Below, in pieces: positions 8,313 to 19,052 of a DNA stretch of 64,000 nt. The position numbers and the translations under genes were made by a program. Source of the DNA: Reclinomonas americana ATCC 50394. Taxonomy: Eukaryota. Every line of letters starts with the position of its first letter. Position 1 is the first letter of the stretch. The stretch covers positions 1,736,001-1,800,000 of the forward strand of contig PS015009.1 of NCBI GenBank assembly GCA_048213135.1. The letters are read 5' to 3'. The notes under the pieces were generated by a model. It had not been told where the DNA came from, made no database searches, and was given only the letters and a program-made list of their open reading frames with translations.

Positions 8313-9862
8313 ATGAGGCTAAGGTATAACCGTGTACTTCTCTGTATTCTTTCTTTTCTTCCTGTGGCAGTTTTTGCGCAGCGAACAGGCTCATTGCAGC
8401 AACCTGCTCCTGTATCGTCACCTTATGAAAAAGTACTCTCCGCTAAAAAAGACCAGGCCGTAACAAAGGTCAATACCATCAGCGCCAAAACCGACAGTAT
8501 TATCCAAAACATACAGGATGTTCCGGCCAAATACATCACCCGCATCGACAATAAGATTGACAAATACAGCAATCGCATCACCGGTAAAACGGAAAAGACC
8601 CTGGTTAAACTCAGCAAATGGGAAACAAAGATCAAGGGCCTGCTGGAAAAGGTAAGCCCGCAAACAGCGCAGAAACTCTTTGGCAACGACCAGCTCAACT
8701 TCAGCAGCCTGCTGCAAAAAATAAAGGAAGGCAAAGCCGTAGCTGATAATTACAAAGCCAAATACAACCAGTACCGCGACAAACTCAATACCAGCCTGGG
8801 TTACCTGCAACAGCAGAAAGACCAGCTGGATAAAAAACTCATCCAGCCGCTGAACAAAGCCAATCAAAAACTGGACTCGCTGGAAAAAGACATCAGCAAT
8901 GCAGAGTACGTGGAAAACTTCATTAAAGAAAGAAAAAACAATTGATCGATGAAGCGGTAAAATATATCGGCAAAAGCAAGTACCTGCAAAAGATCAACAA
9001 GGAAGCTTACTACTATGTAGAAACGCTGCGCAACTACAAAGAGATCTTCAGCGATCCGGCAAAAGCCGAAGAAACGGCGCTGAACATCCTCAATAAAATT
9101 CCGGCGTTCAAACAGTTTGTACAGCAGAACAGTATGCTCTCCTCCCTGTTTCGCCAGCCGGGCACACCCATCGACCAGTCCAGCCTCGCCGGTCTGCAAA
9201 CCCGCGCCAGCGTACAGTCGCTCATACAGGACCGTATAGTCGCCGGTGGACCGAATGCACAACAGATCATTTCACAGAACATACAGCAAGCGCAGGCTGA
9301 GCTCACCCAGTTGAAAGACAAAGTACTGAAAGCGGGTGGCAGCAACAGCGACCAGGAAATGCCCGACTTCAAACCCAACAACCAAAAGACGAAAACCTTC
9401 AAACAGCGGCTGGAATACAATGCCAACCTGCAGTTTGGTAAGGCCAACAGTTTGCTGCCCGCCACGGCCGACATCGCGTTGAGCATCGGTTACAAACTGA
9501 ACGACAAAAGCATCATCGGCATAGGCGCCAGTTACAAACTGGGTATGGGCCGCATCGACCGGCTGGCCATCAGCCACCAGGGACTGGGACTGCGCAGTTT
9601 CATCGACTGGAAACTCAAGAAGCAATTTTATGTAAGCGGCGGAGTGGAATTCAACCAGAACGCCGGTTTCAAGAATATAGAACAGTTAAAGGATTACAAC
9701 AGCTGGCAAACAGCAGGTTTGGTAGGCATCAGTAAGAAGATCGCTGTAAAAACGAAGTTCTTCAAAGGCACCAAGCTGCAGTTGTTGTATGATGTGTTCC
9801 ACAAGCAACACATACCGGTGAGTCAGCCGGTGTTGTTCAGGGTGGGGTATGTATTAGAATGA
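8313..9862 (+). CDS. Exported coiled-coil protein with C-terminal outer-membrane beta-barrel-like domain, split by a -1 frameshift at about 8933-8939 (ORFs 8313-8945 and 8942-9862)
   Basis: ORF1 has a signal peptide and coiled coil. ORF2 has amphipathic beta strands ending FRVGYVLE. One extra A in the A6 run fuses them as ...IKERKKQLIDEAV... Confidence 0.6.
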
Positions 9863-9889
9863 TGTGAATCTAAATATGGAAAATTTGTT

Positions 9890-12800
9890 ATGAAAGCAAA
9901 CGTATGCATGTGTTTACTGGCAATGATGTTGTCAGTCAGTATAAAAGCCGGTGCTCAGCAAAATGAGAAAAATATACCGTCGATTATTCCCCCATCCCCG
10001 GAAATGTCCTCACTGGGCAAGTTTATTGAGCAGCCGGTAAGTAAATACACTGGGGTGCCTGAAATTAGTATTCCTGTATATACGATAAGAGAATCCGGTA
10101 TTGAGGTTCCTGTGTCAATCAATTATCATTCATCCGGCATTAAGGTTGAAGAAATGTCTGGATGGGTAGGGCTCGGTTGGTCTTTATCAGCAGGAGGGGC
10201 AATAACCCGTTCTGTAAGAGGGTTGCCTGATGATCTTTTCTCGAAAAAAGCTAATGTGACTATCAGGCAGTATGAATGCAACACATATGAGAATGTGGGA
10301 TACCTGTACTGTGGGGCGGATATTGAGCGTATGTATAATGCTAACTCAATTCATCCCTTTGATTCACTCTGGCAGCTTGACCAAATTAGAAAGGTGGGGA
10401 TGGGAGCAAAGGATGCCGTTCCTGACGTTTTCTATTTTTCCTGCGGCAAGTATTCCGGGGAATTTATGTTTGACAAAATAGGGGACATTAATATTATTCC
10501 CCGGCAAGATTTAAAGATTACACTACAAAGACAGAACGGGAGAGAGATAATAGGTTTTACAATAGTAACACCCGACGGGCTGCAATACAATTTTAATGAT
10601 GTTGAAAGATCGACAATTACATCCAAGGGATACACTTCCCAGGTTACAGCTGATTATGGCTATGGTTCAATACAATATGCTTTAGAACATGACGGTCCTT
10701 TTTTCGGCATGACACATACCTTGTATAATAATTCTGAGTTTATGGATGTCTGTTCCGAGGGAGTAAATCGTATAACCTATAATTCATCATGGCAGCTTAC
10801 CAGTGTTGTTTCATTAAAAAATAATGCAAGGATTGACTTTAAGTATCGAAATGAAAATATTCATACGCAATCATATTCGGGAGAGTCTCTGTTTTGGTGG
10901 GATGAAACAAGAGATGAGACAGCATATAAAACTAGGTCCGCTGCATCTAGTTTTATTAAAACAAAAGTAGTTGATACGATTAAGTGGGCCTCCGGAAAGA
11001 TCATTTTTTATAAGGACGTATCGGCGAGGTTAGATATGGATGGCAGGTTCAACAATAACTATGCCCTTGATAAAATTGTAGTTCAGGATTTTAATGGCGG
11101 AATAATTCAACAGCACAAATTATACCACGATTATTTTACGAGCTTATCTTCCCCGGGTTTTCAGGATATGTCCGGAACAGATTATACTATCTTAAACCGG
11201 GCGTTCCAGAAGCGATTGAAGCTGACGGGGATAATGAAAGACGGATCGGCGCCCTATTTATTTGAATATAATACATCTACCAGCCTACCCCACAGGGCAT
11301 CGTTGGAACAGGATTATTGGGGGTACTATAATGGGAATATGTCCGTTTCAACAATGTTTCCCGTGACATATGAATACCCCGGAGAGTCAGTAAATGATAG
11401 TTCGTTTTATAATTCCACTTTATCATTCTATCCGAGAAATAACTATACCGGGATTCAAAAAATCCATACTAAGCTTACTGTTGACCGGGCGGCGAATGAG
11501 GCTAATGCACAAGCATGGATGTTAAAGAAAATAACATTCCCAACAGGAGGGATGACCCAGCTTTACTATGGTCTAAATGAGTTTTATGTGAGTGGTCAGA
11601 AGCTAAGAGGAGCCGGTCTTAGAATAGCGAAACAGGTTACATCTCCAGACGGGAATTTTCTTGCGACAACAAACATTATAAAGAATTATGATTATCATGA
11701 AAGCGGCCAGATCGTAAGTTTACCACAATTTGCAGCCATCTCTCCCAGCCTGATGTATCATAGAACCTGGTCAGCAGGATTGGGATTGACAAAAGGAAGT
11801 TTTGTCGCCTATGGCAAGGTTTCTGAAATTACGCCACTTGGCAAGGTTACGGAATCATTCTCAACGCCTGCGATGTTTGGAACCTGGAAATATGGAATTT
11901 ATCAAAGACCAATAGTTCAAAGGCTTTATCTCTCATATTATTATTCCACAACAGGCAATTGCTTAACTGTTTTTTCTCCAACCGCAAACTCAGAGTACTA
12001 CCCCAGGCCTGACGCCCCCAATTATGATTGGGCGAGAGGCCTTCCATTGGAAAGTATTACATATGATGCAAATGGCGGGATAAAAAATTGGGTAAAAAAT
12101 TTCTATACGCTAAAGAGTCATGTTAAAATCCCTAATGTCCAGGTAAGTGTTATATATACCGAAATGGAATCAACCGGTGATGGAGGCAATCCTTGCTTCA
12201 CAGGAAAACATTGCTATAATTATACAAGAACTTATAATATTTCCCCATGGATGGTATTGGATAGTACTGTTCAGTATAGTGTAGAAGGGACAGATTCCCT
12301 GATTGTATCTTCAAAACAATTATTTGAAAGCCCTTTTCACTACCAACCAACATCCATTGTAACCAAAACTTCTGATGGCAAAGTATTAATTAATAAATTG
12401 AAGTATGCTCAGGATTATTCAATATCTATGAGCGGGTTGAGCCCGGAAGTTCTGGCCATACAAGTAATGCAAAATAAAGGGATCGTATTACCGGCTCTTG
12501 AATCCTCGTCCTTTTTTAGAAAGGACGGTGTCGAATATTTAAAAGGTGCCACAATAAATACGTTCAAAGTTATTGGTAACGAAAGTATGGTTCTTCCTTA
12601 TAAGAATTATCAGGTGGAGATCAAGAAACCGGCCCTGTCATTTCTGCATTCTACCATTAGCTCCGGGACTCTCCTTGTCGATTCAAACTATAAGGAACAG
12701 CTTCTAATTGAACCATATGATGTGAAAGGAAATGTATTAAGTTATGTTTCCAAGGGTCTCAAGACATCTTTTGTATGGGGATACAACTCTACGTTGCCAA

Positions 12801-13819
12801 TTGCACAAATAGTTGGTGCACCGGTAGAAGAAGTAGCTTATACAAGTTTTGAAGACTCTTATCAAGGGAAGTTTCAGTTTTCAGGATCTATAGTTAATAC
12901 GCTGCCCGTTGTGACTGGCAATTCTTGTTATAACCTTAGTTCCGGAGCAATTTCCTGCACTTTAAATAGTTCACTGACATATATTGTAAGTCTATGGGCG
13001 ACAGGCTTTGTCCAGGTCAATAATTCCAGTCCGGTTAAGACGGGAAGGTCTGTCGGGGGATGGACATATTATGAGTACACGATAAGCGGGACTTCGTTAT
13101 TGAACATTACTGGAAATGGAAATCTTGATGAATTAAGGGTTTATCCTTTTGGAGCATTAATGACTACCTATACATTTAAGCCTCTTACAGGCATAACTTC
13201 AAAATGTGATGCCAATAATCGTATCAGCTATTATACGTATGATTTATTTGGCAGATTAGTATTAGAGCTCGACCAGGATAAAAATATCCTGAAAAAAATC
13301 TGTTACAACTATGCCGGTCAGCCTGTTGATTGTAGCTCACCTTGTACTAATATGACAGCCAACTGGCAAAACACATCAACCCCTCCCCGTTGCCAACAAA
13401 GCAGCCCTTGTATTTACACTGGTTACCAGGAACAGGAGCAAAAGGACATGAACCCCTGCAGTCCTACTTATAACCAGTTACAATGGGTAATGGCCGGTTA
13501 CAATCCATTGTCCTGCCCTGCAGGCACTAATGTTCAGATGACTTATCAAAACTTCTATTATCCCGGTTTCACAGCCACTTACACCAATGCACTTACTGGC
13601 GCTGTGTTTACTTTTCCTGTTCCGGCAACAGGTTCCGGGTTCCTGGGTTGCCTTCCCGCTGGTACTTACTATGTCAATATTGCTAAGCCAGGCAATACCA
13701 CAGTGTTCCTGTTCGGCCTGGGATGTCGCTCTATATCGGGTACTTCAGGTGGAACAAAGATCACAATAAGCGCTACTGCATGTAACCAGGTCAGCATCAG
13801 CCTGGTTAATGGAGAATAA
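9890..13819 (+). CDS. Large exported YD/RHS-associated protein with Cys-rich C-terminal domain
   Basis: Signal peptide; PPSPE..SLGKF...V..YTGVPEISIP...YHSSGIKV...GWVGLGWSL N-terminal motif; QDYWGYYNG; YTYDLFGRL YD repeat; 10 Cys in the last ~170 aa. Confidence 0.8.
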   Translation: MKANVCMCLLAMMLSVSIKAGAQQNEKNIPSIIPPSPEMSSLGKFIEQPVSKYTGVPEISIPVYTIRESGIEVPVSINYHSSGIKVEEMSGWVGLGWSLSAGGAITRSVRGLPDDLFSKKANVTIRQYECNTYENVGYLYCGADIERMYNANSIHPFDSLWQLDQIRKVGMGAKDAVPDVFYFSCGKYSGEFMFDKIGDINIIPRQDLKITLQRQNGREIIGFTIVTPDGLQYNFNDVERSTITSKGYTSQVTADYGYGSIQYALEHDGPFFGMTHTLYNNSEFMDVCSEGVNRITYNSSWQLTSVVSLKNNARIDFKYRNENIHTQSYSGESLFWWDETRDETAYKTRSAASSFIKTKVVDTIKWASGKIIFYKDVSARLDMDGRFNNNYALDKIVVQDFNGGIIQQHKLYHDYFTSLSSPGFQDMSGTDYTILNRAFQKRLKLTGIMKDGSAPYLFEYNTSTSLPHRASLEQDYWGYYNGNMSVSTMFPVTYEYPGESVNDSSFYNSTLSFYPRNNYTGIQKIHTKLTVDRAANEANAQAWMLKKITFPTGGMTQLYYGLNEFYVSGQKLRGAGLRIAKQVTSPDGNFLATTNIIKNYDYHESGQIVSLPQFAAISPSLMYHRTWSAGLGLTKGSFVAYGKVSEITPLGKVTESFSTPAMFGTWKYGIYQRPIVQRLYLSYYYSTTGNCLTVFSPTANSEYYPRPDAPNYDWARGLPLESITYDANGGIKNWVKNFYTLKSHVKIPNVQVSVIYTEMESTGDGGNPCFTGKHCYNYTRTYNISPWMVLDSTVQYSVEGTDSLIVSSKQLFESPFHYQPTSIVTKTSDGKVLINKLKYAQDYSISMSGLSPEVLAIQVMQNKGIVLPALESSSFFRKDGVEYLKGATINTFKVIGNESMVLPYKNYQVEIKKPALSFLHSTISSGTLLVDSNYKEQLLIEPYDVKGNVLSYVSKGLKTSFVWGYNSTLPIAQIVGAPVEEVAYTSFEDSYQGKFQFSGSIVNTLPVVTGNSCYNLSSGAISCTLNSSLTYIVSLWATGFVQVNNSSPVKTGRSVGGWTYYEYTISGTSLLNITGNGNLDELRVYPFGALMTTYTFKPLTGITSKCDANNRISYYTYDLFGRLVLELDQDKNILKKICYNYAGQPVDCSSPCTNMTANWQNTSTPPRCQQSSPCIYTGYQEQEQKDMNPCSPTYNQLQWVMAGYNPLSCPAGTNVQMTYQNFYYPGFTATYTNALTGAVFTFPVPATGSGFLGCLPAGTYYVNIAKPGNTTVFLFGLGCRSISGTSGGTKITISATACNQVSISLVNGE

Positions 13820-13838
13820 ATAATTAAACAAACAATTT

Positions 13839-14378
13839 ATGATACTGACAAAAATATTTACGTGTGTGTTGCTTTCCGCCCTTGCGGTGAACAGCGGCAT
13901 TTATGATTACAGTGTTCCAAAAATAGAAGGAGGCAGTCAATCTCTTGCCGTAGCGCAAGGAAAGAGAATACTGCTGGTAACCCTGCCCACCCAGCATTCG
14001 GCATCGGCGGATTCGCTCCTGTACAGCCTGGATACACTTGCGGCTGCGCACAGCTCTGCATTGGCAGTGTTCGCCGTACCTGCTTATGAAGATGGATACT
14101 CGCCATCTGTAAAGGATGACTTGAAGCAATGGTACCGGTCAAAGCTGGGCAGTTATATCACCATTACTGATGGATTATATACCCGTAAGGCGTCGGCTGA
14201 ACAGCATGATCTTTTCAAATGGCTGACGGACGTAAATCGCAATGGCACATTCGATATGGATGTGGAAGGGCCCGGGCAGCAATTTTTTATTAAAGAGGAC
14301 GGGGAATTGTATGGTATGCTGGTACCCGGAACAAAATTATGGAGCAAAGCAGTGCAGAGAACATTGCGGATGCCATAA
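13839..14378 (+). CDS. Glutathione-peroxidase-like (thioredoxin fold) exported protein lacking catalytic residues
   Basis: IYDYSV..IEG....L....GKRILLV and QHDLFKWLT resemble GPx. There is no Cys after the signal peptide. Confidence 0.6.
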   Translation: MILTKIFTCVLLSALAVNSGIYDYSVPKIEGGSQSLAVAQGKRILLVTLPTQHSASADSLLYSLDTLAAAHSSALAVFAVPAYEDGYSPSVKDDLKQWYRSKLGSYITITDGLYTRKASAEQHDLFKWLTDVNRNGTFDMDVEGPGQQFFIKEDGELYGMLVPGTKLWSKAVQRTLRMP

Positions 14379-14436
14379 AAGAATAACAAGACATTGATTA
14401 TTGAACAAGAATTGTTGGCTGATTAATTTAAATAGT

Positions 14437-17400
14437 ATGAATCACAGAATAAAAAAGGGGATCATCGCCTGGGCAGCCATATGTGCCGTACATATTTCAA
14501 TGGCACAGCGTACTGCACCAGCGGCATATCCATTAGGAACGCCGGTAAGTTTTGTGCGCACATGGGATTTGACCGCCCCGGTGAATGACGGCAACGTGGT
14601 GGACGGTAAATTATTGAAGGATGCCAAAATGACTACGGCCTATGTCGACGGGCTGGGCAGGCCATTACAAACCGTGATCAGGCAAGGTTCTTTATATACA
14701 AAAGGAGGCACGCCAACCGACCTGGTAAGTACTGTGGAGTATGATGAATTCGGTCGTGAGCGGTTCAAATACCTGCCTTATGCAGAAGCATCTGCAAGCG
14801 ACGGAGCTTTTAAAATGGACCCGTTTGCCAGCCAGGCCATTTTTATGAACCAGCAATATGGTACACAGGGCGAAATCTGGTTCTACGGGCAAAACAATTT
14901 TGAAGCTTCGCCACTCAACCGGGTAGAAAAGGCCTTGGCGCCGGGTAACAGCTGGGTGGGCAGCAACAGGGGAACAGAAGCTAAGTATTGGATCAATACA
15001 TCAACCGATAATGTAAGGATATGGACGGTGACAGATGTGTCAGGTGCTTTTGGAACTTATCAGTCTGTGGCTGCATACAACGCAGGAGAGCTTTACAAAA
15101 ATGCAGGGGTAGATGAACATGGCAAACAGGTAATCGAGTTTAAGGATAAAGAAGGAAGGGTGATCCTGAAGAAAGTGCAGCTGACCGCAACCGCTGATGC
15201 AGGTACGGGCAGCGGCTACACCGGCTGGTTGTGTACCTATTATATATATGATGATCTCAGCCGCCTGCGTGCCGTTATACAGCCCGAGGGTGTCAATACA
15301 CTCGATGGCAATGGCTGGTCCTTTTCGGGCAATACCATACTCGATGAACAGTCGTTCCGGTATGAATATGATCAGCGTGGAAGAATGACCAGGAAGAAGG
15401 TACCCGGGGCGGGCGAAGTATATATGGTATATGATAACCGCGACCGGCTGGTGATGACACAAGACGCGAATATGCGCCAGCAGAACCAATGGCTATATAC
15501 CACCTATGATGCTCTGAACAGAATGGTTGCTACAGGCCTCATCACCGATAATAACGGTTTGGCTTATCACCTTAATGCAGCTTACAACAGCACCGCTTAT
15601 CCTAACCTCGCCGGTTACACACCCGACGAGCTCACCCGTGCATTCTACGATGACTACAGCTGGCTGGGCAGCTATGGCAGCCCGTTACCAAATGCTTACA
15701 GCAACAGTTACGACAGTTATTTTTTAACGGCCTCCAACAGTACATGGCCCTACCCGCAGGCCAATGTGCAAAACAACCAGCTACGAGGTGTGGCAACTGG
15801 TTCACGTGTAAAAGTACTGGGAAGCACCACCTATTTGTATACCGTTAGCTTTTATGATGCCAAAGGGCGTTTAATACAGGTGCAGGCAACAAATATTACC
15901 GGCGGGAAAGACATTACTACTACGCAATACAGTTGGGCAGGACAACCGCTGGTACTGGTCCAAAAGCAGGAGAACGCGTCCGGTGCAGGGCAGACATTCG
16001 TTACCATAACCAAAATGACTTACGATGATTTGGGACGGGTGCTCAATATTAAAAAAGCAGTGAACGGCCCTTCTGTAACCAAGCCCGAGAAACTGGTAGC
16101 TGAAATGGAATACGACAAGCTGGGGCAGCTGAAAACGAAAAAACTGGGATTGAAAACCGGTGTTGATGAACCCGTGGAAACACTCAATTATGATTATAAT
16201 ATCCGCGGCTGGATGCTGGGTGCCAACCGCGATTACGCGAAAGACGGGAACAACAGCAATTATTTTGGTTTCGATCTGGGATATGATAAGGCCAATAACG
16301 GCATTATTGGCAACCTTACTTATTCCACCCCTCAATACAATGGCAATATAGAAGGTATGGTATGGAAAAGTAAAGGCGATGGAGAAAAACGTAAATATGA
16401 TTTTACGTATGATGCCACCAACAGGCTTACCGGTGCCGACTTTAACCAGTATACCAGCAGCGGGACCTTTAATAAAACGGCCGGGGTCGACTACAGCCTT
16501 GACAATCTTACTTACGACCGCAACGGGAACATTAAAACAATGGACCAGAAAGGCCTGTTGTTGAATACGAGTAGTTATATAGATAAACTCAGGTATGAGT
16601 ACATACCCGGTACCAACCGGTTGCAGAGTGTGTTTGATGTAGTGAATGACGCCTCCACTAAACTGGGCGACTTCCGGTTTACCAGCGGTCACCCGCAGTA
16701 TGCATTAAAAACTGCCAATACCAGCCCGGCCGGAGTAACCGATTACAATTACGACGCCAACGGTAACATGGTGACCGACTACAATAAGAATATCAAAACC
16801 ACCAGTGGTAACGGTATCGTGTACAACTACCTGAATCTGCCGGCACAGATAACCATGAAAAATGACAATGGTACCGATAAAGGCACTATTGTATATACCT
16901 ACGATGCGGCTGGCAATAAGCTGCAAAAAACGGTAAATGAAACCGGGCAACCTGCCAAAACCACTTTATACCTGGCAAGCGGGGTATATGAAAATAATGT
17001 ACTTCAGTTCCTGGGGCAGGAAGAAGGGCGCATACGCTTTAAACCCGGCGTGAGTTTAACGCCCGCATCATTTGAATATGATTATTTTGTAAAAGATCAC
17101 CTGGGCAATGTACGCATGGTGCTTACGGAGGAGCAGAAAATCGACCAGTATCCGGCGGCTACTATGGAAACGGCTGCCGCAACTACAGAAGAATTGGTTT
17201 ATGCCAATCTCCCGGAAACCCGGACATCCAAAAGCGGGATCACCGGGTACCCGTCGGATAATACAACCAGCCCTAACGATTATGTGGCCAGGGTAAGCGG
17301 GGGAGCCAATGCCGTGGATAAAAAAATAGGCCCTTCCATTACTTTGAAAGTGATGGCGGGAGATATGTTTAACGTAAAAGTGAGCAGCTGGTATAAAACC

Positions 17401-18807
17401 AACGGTGCTTCTCCCAACACCCCGGTCAGTCCTTTGCCTGATTTGTTAACAGCCCTGATCAACGGGGTTAGCGGAGCCGCCGGAGGTGCGCATGGAATCA
17501 CCCCAACCGTATTGCAGAACAGTGGTGTACTTACCCCGGGTGCTACCGGGTTCTTAAATAATCAATCGGCCAACAGCAATAGCGGTAAACCACAGGCCTT
17601 TTTAAATTGGATTTTATTTGATGAGCAATTTAAACTGGTAAGCAGCAGCAGCGGGTTTGAGCAGGTGGGCGATAATGAGGAGTTTAAATTGCATGTTAAA
17701 AATGGCCAGTCAATTGACAGGAACGGCTATCTTTATATCTATGTTAGCAACAGTACGCCTAACATCAACGTGTTCTTTGATAATTTACAGGTGACGCATA
17801 TCCGGGGACCGCTTTTAGAGGAAACGCATTATTACCCGTTTGGCTTGACGATGGCGGGGATTAGTAGTAAGGCTACCGGAATGGTTCAAAATAAATTAAA
17901 GTATAACGGAAAGGAAGAACAAAGGCAGGAGTTCTCTGATGGAAGTGGATTCGAATGGTTAGATTATGGGGCAAGAATGTATGATAACCAAGTAGGCCGA
18001 TTTTTTTCGCAAGATAGACTTGCAGAAAAAGTATTTTCACAAACTCCCTATAATTACTGTTTAAATAATCCTGCTAATAATATTGATGTCAACGGAGACT
18101 TTTCTATAAGTAATCATTACTATTATACAAACACAATGATGCAGCGCTTTGGCTATAGCAATTCTGTGTCTGACTTAGTAGGACATTATGCTTCAACTTA
18201 TGCTGATAATCCTCATGTTTTATCTTATGTAACTAGAACTGTTTTATTATGGTCTCAAGGGCAGCCATATAGAAGTGGGATTGATTATTCTGCTACCAAT
18301 AATTCACAAGACACAAAATCTGTGTATTATAGCACATGGCATTCAATGAAGGCCGATGGAGAAAATGTCACCGATGCTTTTGCAAAGCAGAGGGGGCAAG
18401 AGGCTGCATGGGATAAACTTTTTACTGCTGCAGATGAAGTAAAAAAAGTGGGGGGAATTGACAAGCTGACAAAAAATTCCAAAGGAATACAAGCGTTAGG
18501 TCAGGGGCTGCATGGATTACAAGATGCAGTGGCTCATGGCGGAGAAGATATGGATCACCATAGTAAATGGGATGATACTTTTCCGAGTTCAGCAAAGGAG
18601 AGTGAAGTAGGTATGGCGACAAAAAGTGGTATTTTGATGGTAGAGGTTTTGAGTGGAAATTATGAGCACTTAAGCTCTAATATGCAAGTAAGTTTTGATG
18701 GAATGTCCTCTGACCAATTTAAAAAAGCGATAAATGCGATTAGCGAAGGGATGAAAGTAAAGGGTATTGATAAAATTGAATTAAAAAACACTCCTAAATT
18801 ATGGTAA
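14437..18807 (+). CDS. DUF6443-type RHS repeat protein with RHS core and C-terminal toxin domain
   Basis: Signal peptide, YVDGLGRPLQT, many YD repeats, [26 protein letters not shown], and PYNYCLNNP..NIDVNG core end, followed by an AT-rich variable tip. Start set at MNHRIK. Confidence 0.92.
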   Translation: MNHRIKKGIIAWAAICAVHISMAQRTAPAAYPLGTPVSFVRTWDLTAPVNDGNVVDGKLLKDAKMTTAYVDGLGRPLQTVIRQGSLYTKGGTPTDLVSTVEYDEFGRERFKYLPYAEASASDGAFKMDPFASQAIFMNQQYGTQGEIWFYGQNNFEASPLNRVEKALAPGNSWVGSNRGTEAKYWINTSTDNVRIWTVTDVSGAFGTYQSVAAYNAGELYKNAGVDEHGKQVIEFKDKEGRVILKKVQLTATADAGTGSGYTGWLCTYYIYDDLSRLRAVIQPEGVNTLDGNGWSFSGNTILDEQSFRYEYDQRGRMTRKKVPGAGEVYMVYDNRDRLVMTQDANMRQQNQWLYTTYDALNRMVATGLITDNNGLAYHLNAAYNSTAYPNLAGYTPDELTRAFYDDYSWLGSYGSPLPNAYSNSYDSYFLTASNSTWPYPQANVQNNQLRGVATGSRVKVLGSTTYLYTVSFYDAKGRLIQVQATNITGGKDITTTQYSWAGQPLVLVQKQENASGAGQTFVTITKMTYDDLGRVLNIKKAVNGPSVTKPEKLVAEMEYDKLGQLKTKKLGLKTGVDEPVETLNYDYNIRGWMLGANRDYAKDGNNSNYFGFDLGYDKANNGIIGNLTYSTPQYNGNIEGMVWKSKGDGEKRKYDFTYDATNRLTGADFNQYTSSGTFNKTAGVDYSLDNLTYDRNGNIKTMDQKGLLLNTSSYIDKLRYEYIPGTNRLQSVFDVVNDASTKLGDFRFTSGHPQYALKTANTSPAGVTDYNYDANGNMVTDYNKNIKTTSGNGIVYNYLNLPAQITMKNDNGTDKGTIVYTYDAAGNKLQKTVNETGQPAKTTLYLASGVYENNVLQFLGQEEGRIRFKPGVSLTPASFEYDYFVKDHLGNVRMVLTEEQKIDQYPAATMETAAATTEELVYANLPETRTSKSGITGYPSDNTTSPNDYVARVSGGANAVDKKIGPSITLKVMAGDMFNVKVSSWYKTNGASPNTPVSPLPDLLTALINGVSGAAGGAHGITPTVLQNSGVLTPGATGFLNNQSANSNSGKPQAFLNWILFDEQFKLVSSSSGFEQVGDNEEFKLHVKNGQSIDRNGYLYIYVSNSTPNINVFFDNLQVTHIRGPLLEETHYYPFGLTMAGISSKATGMVQNKLKYNGKEEQRQEFSDGSGFEWLDYGARMYDNQVGRFFSQDRLAEKVFSQTPYNYCLNNPANNIDVNGDFSISNHYYYTNTMMQRFGYSNSVSDLVGHYASTYADNPHVLSYVTRTVLLWSQGQPYRSGIDYSATNNSQDTKSVYYSTWHSMKADGENVTDAFAKQRGQEAAWDKLFTAADEVKKVGGIDKLTKNSKGIQALGQGLHGLQDAVAHGGEDMDHHSKWDDTFPSSAKESEVGMATKSGILMVEVLSGNYEHLSSNMQVSFDGMSSDQFKKAINAISEGMKVKGIDKIELKNTPKLW

Positions 18808-19025
18808 AGTTTATTTTTTATATACTTTCTTTTATTATCGGAGCCATGATATATTTATTTGCTTTAGGGGGGGCTCATGGAGTTCCTTTATTTAGAATGG
18901 CTAATAAGGAAGATGTTATAATACTTTCATTGCTATGTATTTTTTTTGGAGTGCCATTAATTTTTATTATTAGAGATTTAATAAGATCGTTCAAGAAAAG
19001 ACAAAATAATAAAGCCCACAATTGA
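18801..19025 (+). CDS. Putative immunity protein with two TM helices
   Basis: 74 aa, overlaps the toxin stop, very AT-rich, two hydrophobic segments and a basic tail. Confidence 0.6.
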   Translation: MVKFIFYILSFIIGAMIYLFALGGAHGVPLFRMANKEDVIILSLLCIFFGVPLIFIIRDLIRSFKKRQNNKAHN

Positions 19026-19052
19026 AGGCTTTATTATTTAATGAAAGTGTAA

